Shown: piece after piece, positions 1 through 8,144 of the stretch
How positions within the stretch are numbered: the first letter of the stretch is position 1
How the letters are laid out: every line of letters starts with the position of its first letter
Origin: a candidate division WOR-3 bacterium
Lineage (GTDB): Bacteria; Hydrothermota; Tepidihabitantia; Tepidihabitantales; JAOUPE01
DNA length: 18,951 nucleotides
Assembly (NCBI GenBank): GCA_039801565.1
Contig: JBDRUX010000046.1
Location: 1-18,951 of the forward strand
Direction of reading: 5' to 3'
Position numbers and translations under genes: made by a program
The notes under the pieces: model-generated
Told to the model about the DNA's origin: nothing
Databases searched by the model: none
Seen by the model: the letters and a program-made list of their open reading frames with translations, nothing else

Positions 1-37
1 CTTCTTCGAAAATAACCGTTCCTTGACTAAGTTTCAT
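1..37 (-). CDS. 5' end of an unidentified CDS running off the window (MKLSQGTVIFEE...)
   Basis: ATG at 37-35 on the minus strand, AAGGAG Shine-Dalgarno (+ strand ctcctt 45-50) 7 nt upstream; frame open to the window edge. Confidence 0.6.
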   Translation of the reverse strand, partial: MKLSQGTVIFEE

Positions 38-73
38 ACCTTTTCTCCTTTTAAGCTTATTATACTCATTTAA

Positions 74-541
74 ATTTCCACGACAATAGGGACACTACCT
101 GCATGGAACCAAAATTCCAATTCCCGCGCAAGGGGTAGGGCAACTGGAAGTGCGTTTGAAAGATGGATAAAAAACCAGATTGGCAAATACCAAGGCGGTA
201 AAGTCAACTTTAACTTTAATAACTTTAACTTTGAGTTTAATGTAGATATAGCCATTCCAACTACAGATAACCCAAGGGTTATTTTAGAAGTTAAAATTTA
301 TATCGATATACAACATACACTTGCCCTTGGAGGTTTGCTCAATTTTACAAAAAATAAAAATACAAAGCTGGGTCTAGTTACACTTTATAAACCACCTAAG
401 GAGTGTATTAGAATACTGAATTACTTTAAAGCAAATGAGAGTGAAAAGTTTTCTTATTTCCACATCCAGGATGGTTGGTCAAAGACTATAAAAGAACTTA
501 AAGCTTTTTGCAACCATAAGGTTATTGAGTTTAGAACTTAA
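74..541 (+). pseudogene. Probably 5'-truncated PD-(D/E)XK (restriction-endonuclease-like) nuclease, 155 codons
   Basis: The frame of ORF 335..541 stays open upstream to the TAA at 71-73 and reads ...GSAFERWIKNQIG...FNVDIAIPTTDNPRVILEVKIY... (E 158, D 245, E-V-K 287-295). No ATG/GTG/TTG before 335. AT-rich. Confidence 0.65.
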
Positions 542-632
542 TCATTGAACCTGTGATACGCCAAATTGCTTCATAGCTATTTCGAAAACGATTTTAGAAC
601 TAACTCTTTAATTAAATTTTCATTTCTTTCGC

Positions 633-986
633 AACTTGTCTTAACGACAGGTCAGGAATATTTCGGATTTATAGGCAGCCTGCCTACGAACTATCTTCCC
701 AACCAACCCCAAAGCCAAGTCCCTCAATAGCTTCCGAGCCTGCCTACAAGTTAGCTTAACAGACTAATTACCAGCATACTCCCCAACTCACGAATCAACC
801 CATCTGCCAGCTTCCGCACTGACCCTCTTGTCAGTCTATCCGCCCGCTTACGAGGCTACCTCCGACACCGTCTCCTATACCGCTACCCCGCCATACCCTC
901 CCCCATACTAATCCCAAATATAAGATATTAAAAATCAAATAGAAAGAAAAATTTTCAGCTAAACCAAGGCGTTAGTTATAACTAAC
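633..986 (+). repeat. Composite dispersed element, copy 1: head motif + degenerate 12-bp tandem array + C-rich tail + palindrome
   Basis: Head AACTTGTCTTAAC 633-645. 17 twelve-mers plus one 8-mer over 673-884 (e.g. tacgaactatct, tcccaaccaacc, tccgagcctgcc, tacaagttagct, tacgaggctacc). Tail ataccctccccc to 904. Perfect palindrome gttagttataactaac 971-986. Confidence 0.8.
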
Positions 987-1116
987 CTTGATACAGTTGG
1001 TGTGCGGTTTGGTGAACAGTGTATCTGGCGAGAGCAATTTGGGAGGCTAATTTCGCCAAAAGAGTGGATAGAGTTATTTTTGATGTCGCGGTCCCCAAAA
1101 TCCAATCACGGTTCTC

Positions 1117-1145
1117 TTGACGCTTTTGGAGCTTTTCTCTACACT
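1117..1145 (+). promoter_or_regulatory. Sigma70-type promoter of mnmA (probably leaderless transcript)
   Basis: TTGACG(1117-1122)-17 bp-TACACT(1140-1145); ATG 8 nt after the -10 box; no SD. Confidence 0.6.
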
Positions 1146-1153
1146 TATAATAT

Positions 1154-2239
1154 ATGTCAAAGCGTGTAATTGTGGCAATGTCGGGTGGCGTTGATTCTTC
1201 GGTTGCTGCCGCGCTATTGAAAGCGCAAGGCTATGATGTGATTGGTATCACCTTACGAATTTGGGAAGAACCGTTACGTCAGAAGGATTCCGTTGAATTA
1301 CGGGTAAGAAGTCAAAGTTGTTGTGGAGCCGAGCCAGCGATTGCTGATGCCCGGCGGGTTGCGCAAAAAATCGGGATTCCCCATTACACCTTAGATTTTC
1401 GAAAAGAATTTGAGCGTGCCGTCGTTTCTGACTTTATTCGGGAATACGAGCAGGGTCGAACACCTAACCCTTGTATTCGCTGTAATCGGTTTATCAAGTT
1501 TCAAATTCTTTTGAACCGCTGTCAAGAGTTCAATGCCGATTTTTTAGCCACTGGCCATTATGCGAAAATTGAACGGTATGGCGACCGTTGGGTTCTAAAA
1601 AAAGCCCGGGATGAGAAAAAAGACCAGTCTTATTTCTTATATCCAATGACCCAAGCCCAATTGGCAAAGACATTGATGCCATTAGGCAATCTGACAAAAG
1701 CCGAGGTCCGCAAAATCGCCCAAGAATTGGGTTTAGTGGTAGCGCATAAACCAGAAAGCCAGGAGATTTGTTTTATTCCCGACGACGATTATCCAAAATT
1801 TTTAAAGCATTATATTCCTGATGCCGGCGAACCAGGTCCGATTCTGAACAAGCAAGGCGAAGTAATTGGTAAGCATAAAGGGTTATTAAATTATACGATT
1901 GGGCAGCGCAAACGCATTGGTATACCGTTTCGGGAACGGCTGTATGTGATTGGCATTGACCGCAAACGGAATGCGTTAATTGTCGGCACTGCCGAAGATG
2001 TTTATGGTTCAGAACTTTTTGCCAAGGATTTGAATTTCATTGCGATTGACCAACTCGATGCACCGAGAAGAGTTCAAGCCAAGATTCGCTCGGTATTCAA
2101 ACCGGCTTGGGCCGAGATTAAATCTTGTAATGGCAAGGTCTATCTCCACTTTGACGAGCCGCAGTGGGCAATCACACCCGGCCAAGCGGTTGTCTTTTAC
2201 GATGGTGAAATTGTCTTAGGTGGTGGCACAATCTGTTAA
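1154..2239 (+). CDS. mnmA: tRNA-specific 2-thiouridylase MnmA
   Basis: SGGVDS PP-loop, TPNPCIRCN, ATGHYA, KDQSYFL, ESQEICF, YTIGQRK, C-terminal TPGQAVVFY. Confidence 0.97.
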   Translation: MSKRVIVAMSGGVDSSVAAALLKAQGYDVIGITLRIWEEPLRQKDSVELRVRSQSCCGAEPAIADARRVAQKIGIPHYTLDFRKEFERAVVSDFIREYEQGRTPNPCIRCNRFIKFQILLNRCQEFNADFLATGHYAKIERYGDRWVLKKARDEKKDQSYFLYPMTQAQLAKTLMPLGNLTKAEVRKIAQELGLVVAHKPESQEICFIPDDDYPKFLKHYIPDAGEPGPILNKQGEVIGKHKGLLNYTIGQRKRIGIPFRERLYVIGIDRKRNALIVGTAEDVYGSELFAKDLNFIAIDQLDAPRRVQAKIRSVFKPAWAEIKSCNGKVYLHFDEPQWAITPGQAVVFYDGEIVLGGGTIC

Positions 2240-2257
2240 TCCATTTAGACTAATGCG

Positions 2258-2285
2258 TTGACTTAAAAGAAAAATTCGGTATTAT
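2258..2285 (+). promoter_or_regulatory. Sigma70-type promoter of the etf operon
   Basis: TTGACT(2258-2263)-16 bp-TATTAT(2280-2285). Confidence 0.6.
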
Positions 2286-2381
2286 TAATCCGTGATGCGT
2301 GTCCGTGTTCCGTTGACCGTAAGTTAAAAAGACCTGTAAAGTTTGGTCACGGTTACGGCTTTTGCGAATTGGAGGCTTGAA

Positions 2382-3161
2382 ATGAATATTTTGGTCTGTT
2401 TGAAACGGGTTCCGGATACCGCCGAAGCCGTGGTAATTCCGGATTCGACCGGCAAGGACATTGTCAAAGACCGGCTCACCTTTAGTATCAATGAAGCCGA
2501 TAACTATGCCTTAGAAGAAGCATTACTTTTAAAAGAGAGGTTTGGCGGCACTGTGACATTATTGACAGTTGGACCAAAACCGGCAGAAGAGGTTCTCCGA
2601 ATGGGGATGGCAAAGGGTGCGGATACCGCATTAAGATTATGGGATGAGAAATTTATTGGTGGTGATTACTTTACTACCGCCAAAGTCCTTGCTACCGCCT
2701 GTCAGACTTTACCTTATGACCTTATCTTGACCGGCTGTATGGCTACTGATGATGGTTATGCCTGTGTCGGTTTAACCATTGGAGCAATTTTGGGGATACC
2801 ATCGGCAATTTATGTGAGTAAGATTGAGATTTTCGACCGCCGGGCAAAAATTTATCGGGAGTTGGAAGGTGGATTCTACGAAGTAAAAGAGTTAGGTCTA
2901 CCAGCCCTTTTTGCGGTCCAAACCGGAATTAATACGCCCCGCTATCCATCAATCCTTGGCATTAAACGAGCTGCCGCGAAGGAAATAAAGGTGTTAGATG
3001 CCAAAGAATTGAATCTCACCGAAGCGGATTTTCAGACTAAGACCGAGTTGGAAAGACTTTTCATACCGATAGTCGAATCAAAAGCGGAATTTTTACAAGG
3101 CGAACCAGCGGAAGTTGCAACCCAAATGGCAAAAATCTTTAAGGAGAAGGGAGTATTATGA
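2382..3161 (+). CDS. etfB: Electron transfer flavoprotein beta subunit (EtfB/FixA)
   Basis: MNILVCLKRVPDT, NEADNYALEEAL, NTPRYPS. Start moved to ATG 2382, which has GGAGG at 2371-2375 (ORF track starts at 2343). Confidence 0.95.
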   Translation: MNILVCLKRVPDTAEAVVIPDSTGKDIVKDRLTFSINEADNYALEEALLLKERFGGTVTLLTVGPKPAEEVLRMGMAKGADTALRLWDEKFIGGDYFTTAKVLATACQTLPYDLILTGCMATDDGYACVGLTIGAILGIPSAIYVSKIEIFDRRAKIYRELEGGFYEVKELGLPALFAVQTGINTPRYPSILGIKRAAAKEIKVLDAKELNLTEADFQTKTELERLFIPIVESKAEFLQGEPAEVATQMAKIFKEKGVL

Positions 3162-4135
3162 GTTGCATCGTGGTTTTAGCCGAGCATCGCCAAGAAAATC
3201 TCCGCGACATCACTTTTGAAATGTTAACACTCGCCCAAGCATTAGCCAGGCAAATGAACTTAAAGGTGCAGGTGCTTTATTTAGGAAAAAATAACGAAGC
3301 CAATGCCGAGACCCTTGCCAACTATGCTGACGAAGTGATAGTCGTAGAAGATGCGCTATTGGCCAATTTCAATTCCGAAATCTATCGCAAGGTGATTGTT
3401 TCAACCCTTGCCGAACATAAACCTTCTTTACTCTTGCTTGGTCATACCGCTTTTGGTACTGATTTAGCCCCTGGACTGGCTTATGATTTAAATCTCCCTT
3501 TAATTACGGATTGTATTGAAATAACCTACGAAGATAATAGGATTGTCGCGACTCGACCGCTGTATTCGGGTAAATTAAATGCTCGGGTTTATCTTAAACA
3601 ACCGACCGGTGTTTTGACGATTCGTGCCGGCACATTTAAACCAACTGATACCAAATTGGCTGGTATCGTAAAAAAGAAACCATTACCAGCCGAGCTGAAG
3701 ACCGGGTATGCTTCTAATTTTATCGGTTATGAAGAAGCGCCAACCACTGGGATTGATATCACAAAAGCGGACATTATTGTGGCAGTTGGTCGGGGAATTA
3801 AAGAAGCCAAGAATATGCCCATTGTCGAAGAATTGGCGAAGACGCTTGGCGGCGAACTTGCCTGTACCCGGCCAGTGATTGATGCTGGTTGGTTACCCAA
3901 AGACCGGCAAGTTGGCTCATCGGGCAAAACCGTCAAGCCTAAGCTTTATATCGCTCTTGGCATCAGTGGTGCATTTCAACATATCTCAGGAATGAAACAG
4001 TCTCAAACCATCGTGGCGGTTAATAAAGACCCCAATGCCCCAATCTTCAATGTTGCCCATTATGGTATTGTTGGCGACCTATTGAAAATTGTTCCTTTGT
4101 TAAAAGAGAAGATTAAAGAGATTAAAGGCATATGA
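3158..4135 (+). CDS. etfA: Electron transfer flavoprotein alpha subunit (EtfA/FixB)
   Basis: VAVGRG, QVGSSGKTVKPKLYIALGISGAFQHISGM, AVNKDPNAPIF; ATGA overlap with etfB. Confidence 0.96.
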   Translation: MSCIVVLAEHRQENLRDITFEMLTLAQALARQMNLKVQVLYLGKNNEANAETLANYADEVIVVEDALLANFNSEIYRKVIVSTLAEHKPSLLLLGHTAFGTDLAPGLAYDLNLPLITDCIEITYEDNRIVATRPLYSGKLNARVYLKQPTGVLTIRAGTFKPTDTKLAGIVKKKPLPAELKTGYASNFIGYEEAPTTGIDITKADIIVAVGRGIKEAKNMPIVEELAKTLGGELACTRPVIDAGWLPKDRQVGSSGKTVKPKLYIALGISGAFQHISGMKQSQTIVAVNKDPNAPIFNVAHYGIVGDLLKIVPLLKEKIKEIKGI

Positions 4136-5310
4136 ATAACCTTGAGTCAATCAATCCGGAAATTCGAGAGTTAATCATAAACGCTGGCGGCAATGAAGCC
4201 TACCGGTGCTACGAATGTGGGATGTGTATGTCGCTCTGTCCTTGGTTTCAGATTGAAAATGTTACTTTTCCTTGTTATCGGACACCGCAAAATGTTCGGC
4301 TTGGGGCAGTACTGGCAAGTGAAGATAAGGAAGACATAGCCAAAGAAATAACCGAACTTTTCCGCTGTGTCGCATGTGATAACTGTAAAGTCTTCTGCCC
4401 CCGGCATGTTGATATGGGCGATATTATGCGGGCAATCCGTCGGATTTTGGCAGAATACGATTCGATACCAAAAGAATTGAAAGATGTTAAAAGCAAACTC
4501 TATAATGTGGGTAACCCATTGGGTGAAGCAGCTGAGAAACGTAACGATTGGGCAAAAGAACTTAATTTGCCAATCTATCAACCGGGTATGGAATATGGTT
4601 ATTGGGCGTGTTGTCTGCCGGCTTATGATGGTCGGTTAAAAAGTATCGCAATTGCCACCGCCAAAATTTTAAAACTTGCTCGTGTCTCGTTCGGTTTGGT
4701 TCCCACTTCCGTCTTTTGTTGTGGTGAGACGGCTCGGAATTTTGGTACCGAGGATTTATTTCTCGAACTTGCCCAAAGGAACATCGCGGAAATTAAAAGA
4801 GCTGGCATTGAGAAAATTCTTCTTACATCACCCCATTGTTATACAACTTTTAAGAATGAGTATCCGGCATTGGGTGCGGATTTTGTGCCAATTCCTACAG
4901 TTGAACTTTTCCTAAAGCTAATTGAGGAGAAACGAATTGTCCCCCAAAAGCCTATTATAAAAAAGGTGTTTTATCACGACCCTTGCACATTAGGTAGACA
5001 GAATGGAATATACGATGAACCAAGAGCGGTGCTGGCGAGTATTCCAGGAGTCGAGTTAGTGGAAAATCCGCTTTTTGCTCGGGAGTATAGTGTCTGCTGT
5101 GGCGGCGGTGCCGGTGGACTTTGGCAGGACTGGCCAAAAGATGAACGCATCGCCCAAGTTCGAATAAAACAAGTAGCAGCGACCGGAGCCGAAATTTTAG
5201 CAACCGCCTGCCCCTATTGTATCTTGATGTTTGAAGATAGCATCAAAACCCTTAATCTAAATATCGAGGTAAAGGATTTGAGTGAATTGCTGATAGAATC
5301 TTTATTTTAA
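4132..5310 (+). CDS. (Fe-S)-binding oxidoreductase, HdrD/GlpC-like (2x[4Fe-4S] domain + two CCG domains)
   Basis: CYECGMCMSLCP and CVACDNCKVFCP; CCG domains (FCCG...SPHC; YHDPC...CCGGGAG...TACPYC); ATGA-coupled to etfA; no evident transmembrane helix. Confidence 0.9.
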   Translation: MNNLESINPEIRELIINAGGNEAYRCYECGMCMSLCPWFQIENVTFPCYRTPQNVRLGAVLASEDKEDIAKEITELFRCVACDNCKVFCPRHVDMGDIMRAIRRILAEYDSIPKELKDVKSKLYNVGNPLGEAAEKRNDWAKELNLPIYQPGMEYGYWACCLPAYDGRLKSIAIATAKILKLARVSFGLVPTSVFCCGETARNFGTEDLFLELAQRNIAEIKRAGIEKILLTSPHCYTTFKNEYPALGADFVPIPTVELFLKLIEEKRIVPQKPIIKKVFYHDPCTLGRQNGIYDEPRAVLASIPGVELVENPLFAREYSVCCGGGAGGLWQDWPKDERIAQVRIKQVAATGAEILATACPYCILMFEDSIKTLNLNIEVKDLSELLIESLF

Positions 5311-6048
5311 ACCTTTCCAACAACCTAAACACTTCAAACTCCTTCGTATGAAACAAATTAAGAAATTATTGAATTTCGCGTAAAGAATGAAATTCAATCA
5401 CAGATGAGTACAGATTAGATTGCCTGTACCAATCAGCGCTAATCTGGATTTGAACTCTGTCCGTTTACCTATGCGAAGTTCAATAAATGGTCTCTTGAAC
5501 CATTTGAACTCTTTCCCTATTTCTTGGGTTAATGATTTGTGAACTGCTAATATAATTAGTTTCATTCCGTTCAAATTTAGGCTTTGTATTTCGTAATTTA
5601 TAACAAGAATTTATGAGGTGTTTACACACCTGGTATCTATCTTCCTTTTCGGAATAAACCGTTAGTTTATCCAGAAATAATGGCAACATCATCGCAATCT
5701 TACCATCCACTTCCAGCAATATCGTATTAAAAATACCCCACGTTAAGCCCTTTCTTTTTTTCGTTTTCGTCAGGGATGTATTATCTACCCTGTATCAATC
5801 TTTTGGGTTAGGCAGTTGACTGAATTGGTCAATAAAATTGGTACAATATATATGCAGTTGGTAAGGGGTTAATGACTATTGGAGTAGAATGATTAGTTGG
5901 AAGATGATGTTTTGGAGTTATGAGTGGGACGCCAGTAGATTTTTATTTTGACTTTTGTGGTAAAGAGTGAACTGGTTATGGGACATCTTAAGATTTAGCC
6001 GATAGTAAATTAGAAAAATATCTGGGTCTAATAAGGACTTTTGCGTAG

Positions 6049-6250
6049 TCTCAAAAGTCCTTGGTTAGTTGTGAGTTCTAAATCTTTACGCAACCCGGAA
6101 AACCGAATTTCACAAAACTTTTTAGAACTTGTTAATGTTTTCGAGTCATTAAAAAAAAACTGTTTATTCCCAATAATGCCTTTTCCAATTCTTATTAACT
6201 TATTGTCGAGAGCAAGCCCGGCGCTTCTGAAAACCAAGGAGTTTTTGAGA
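6049..6250. mobile_element. MITE-like element with ~18-bp imperfect terminal inverted repeats
   Basis: tctcaaaagtccttggtt (6049-6066; reverse complement aaccaaggacttttgaga) vs aaccaaggagtttttgaga (6232-6250). The left end also forms an 11-bp hairpin with 6033-6043. No credible gene inside. Confidence 0.45.
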
Positions 6251-6280
6251 GTCCAAATTGTTCAAAGAATTCAAAAATTG

Positions 6281-6308
6281 TTGACAACACTTTTTCTCAT
6301 TGTATTAT
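6281..6308 (+). promoter_or_regulatory. Sigma70-type promoter of the small-membrane-protein/pyr operon
   Basis: TTGACA(6281-6286)-16 bp-TATTAT(6303-6308); SD AAAGGAG before ATG 6335. Confidence 0.7.
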
Positions 6309-6334
6309 GTTAGCCAGATTGAAAGGAGTTAGGA

Positions 6335-6604
6335 ATGAAACAAGTTAAAAAGAAACCCATCGAGCCGAAAATTAAAGCAAGACCTAATATCGCATTTGGC
6401 AGAAATAATTATATACTTTTAATTATAGGCATCGTAGTAATTATTTTGGGATTTATTGCGTTAGCTAAAGGGTCAACCGTTTTAGCCCCAATTTTACTGG
6501 TAGTCGGTTATTGTGTAATTATTCCTTTGGCAATATTAATTAAATCCAGTCCCGCAACCGAAAAAAAGTTAATAACCCAATCCTCTCCAACACAAAGAGA
6601 ATGA
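6335..6604 (+). CDS. Small two-helix membrane protein (DUF3098-like)
   Basis: Good SD; basic N-terminus, then FGRNNYILLIIGIVVIILGF...LAPILLVVGYCVIIPLAIL. Family name from recall. Confidence 0.75.
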   Translation: MKQVKKKPIEPKIKARPNIAFGRNNYILLIIGIVVIILGFIALAKGSTVLAPILLVVGYCVIIPLAILIKSSPATEKKLITQSSPTQRE

Positions 6605-6632
6605 ATTGATTTATTCCTATTGAGGCAATTTT

Positions 6633-7178
6633 ATGGCTAAACTGATTATGTCAAGCACTGAGATAAATCGGGCGCTGAAACGGATTGCAGCTGGGATTAA
6701 AAAACGGAATCAGTCAACGGAAAATCTTGTACTAATTGGCATAAAACGCCGCGGACCAACGCTTGCCCAACGAATAGCAAGGTTTTTAACCAAGGGGAAG
6801 AAAACAATTCCTGTCGGTGCAATTGATATTACCCTTTATCGCGATGACCTACAGCGAATTGCCGAGTCGCCAATTGTCCGGGGCTCGGAAATCAATTTTG
6901 ATATTAATGATAAAGTCGTTATCTTGGTGGATGATGTCCTTTTTACCGGTCGGACGGTTCGAGCCGCCTTAACCGAAATTTTAGATTTTGGCCGTCCGGA
7001 ATCAATTCAATTGGCAGTACTAATTGACCGAAACCATCGGGAATTACCAATTGCAGCTGATTACATCGGGAAAAGGATTAAGACCAAAAAGACCGACCTG
7101 GTTGATATCTTTGTTAAAGAAGAAGACGGCAAAGAGGGGGTATTCATTGCCAGGCGCGCCGATGCTATTTCAGCATAA
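6633..7178 (+). CDS. pyrR: Bifunctional pyr regulator / uracil phosphoribosyltransferase PyrR
   Basis: DITLYRDDL, VILVDDVLFTGRTVRAAL, GRPESIQLAVLIDR.HRELPI.ADYIG. Confidence 0.95.
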   Translation: MAKLIMSSTEINRALKRIAAGIKKRNQSTENLVLIGIKRRGPTLAQRIARFLTKGKKTIPVGAIDITLYRDDLQRIAESPIVRGSEINFDINDKVVILVDDVLFTGRTVRAALTEILDFGRPESIQLAVLIDRNHRELPIAADYIGKRIKTKKTDLVDIFVKEEDGKEGVFIARRADAISA

Positions 7179-8109
7179 AAACCTATTAGGAATTGCTGAA
7201 CTATCCAAGTCCGATATTCTTACTATTCTCGATTTAGCCGATAACTTTCGTCAAGTCTTAGACCGACCGATTCCAATTGTCCCAGCCTTACGGGGTAAAA
7301 CAATTGTCAATCTATTCTTTGAACCATCAACTCGCACCGCCACTTCTTTTGCGATAGCTTGTAAGCGTCTTTCGGCTGATTGTGTCAATTTTACGGTTAG
7401 CACATCTTCGGTCGCTAAAGGGGAGACTTTGCTCGATACCGCTAAAAATATCGAAGCGATGAAAGTGGCTGGAGTCATAATCCGCTCGGCTCATCCTGGT
7501 GCAGCCCATTTTTTAGCCAAGCATCTTAAAGCATTTGTAGTTAACGCCGGTGATGGCGCTCATGAACATCCCACGCAAGCCTTGACTGATGTTTATACCA
7601 TTCGAAAGCATATTAAAGATTTTGCCGGCTTGCGGGTTTTGATTGTTGGTGATATTGCCCATTCCCGGGTTGCCCGTTCTGACATTTTGGCTTTTCGCAA
7701 ATTAGGAGCAAAAGTTGCGATATGTGGACCGCCGACGCTAATCCCAATTGGAATCGAAACGACTGGTTGCGAGATTTTTTACAAACTTGATTATATCTTG
7801 GATGAAGTGGATATTGTCCAAGTCTTAAGGTTACAACGGGAACGACAACAAATCGGCCTATTCCCTTCAATTCGGGAATACCGAGCCCTTTACGGTTTGA
7901 CCAAAGAACGGTTAGCAAAAAGAAAACGAACCTTAATTATAATCCATCCCGGACCAGTCAATTGGGGAATCGAATTAGACCCTGAGGTCGCATTAAGTCC
8001 CCATTCCCTCATCTTAGAACAGGTGAAAAATGGTGTAGCATTACGAATGGCAGTTTTATACCTATTAGCCGGTCCTGACCAAAAGGAACGAACTTTTTTG
8101 AACGCTTGA
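7162..8109 (+). CDS. pyrB: Aspartate carbamoyltransferase catalytic subunit
   Basis: FFEPSTRT, KGETL.DT, NAGDGAHEHPTQAL, GDIAHSRVARS, HPGPVN. Start placed at ATG 7162; the ORF-track extension to 7024 lies inside pyrR. Confidence 0.96.
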   Translation: MLFQHKNLLGIAELSKSDILTILDLADNFRQVLDRPIPIVPALRGKTIVNLFFEPSTRTATSFAIACKRLSADCVNFTVSTSSVAKGETLLDTAKNIEAMKVAGVIIRSAHPGAAHFLAKHLKAFVVNAGDGAHEHPTQALTDVYTIRKHIKDFAGLRVLIVGDIAHSRVARSDILAFRKLGAKVAICGPPTLIPIGIETTGCEIFYKLDYILDEVDIVQVLRLQRERQQIGLFPSIREYRALYGLTKERLAKRKRTLIIIHPGPVNWGIELDPEVALSPHSLILEQVKNGVALRMAVLYLLAGPDQKERTFLNA

Positions 8110-8144
8110 ATGACTTGAACCATTTATTTTCGGCGGAGGCGAAC

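Noticed and set aside
70..255. 61-aa minus-strand ORF
   Set aside because: Antisense to the nuclease-like frame; no recognisable motif or SD
5480..6313. Short ORFs 5480-5719, 6028-6237 and 6041-6313
   Set aside because: No SD or family motif; they overlap repeats, the MITE-like element or a promoter
6540..6632. PyrR-binding attenuator upstream of pyrR
   Set aside because: No ARUCCNGNGAGGYU consensus and no terminator hairpin; aatccagtccc is coding and only a partial match
7024..7161. N-terminal extension of PyrB or a pyrR-pyrB frameshift fusion
   Set aside because: Lies within intact pyrR; homology starts at ATG 7162; no slippery-site evidence
8106..8144. N-terminal extension of PyrC
   Set aside because: Mostly nonamer repeat; TTG 8145 has a proper GGAGG
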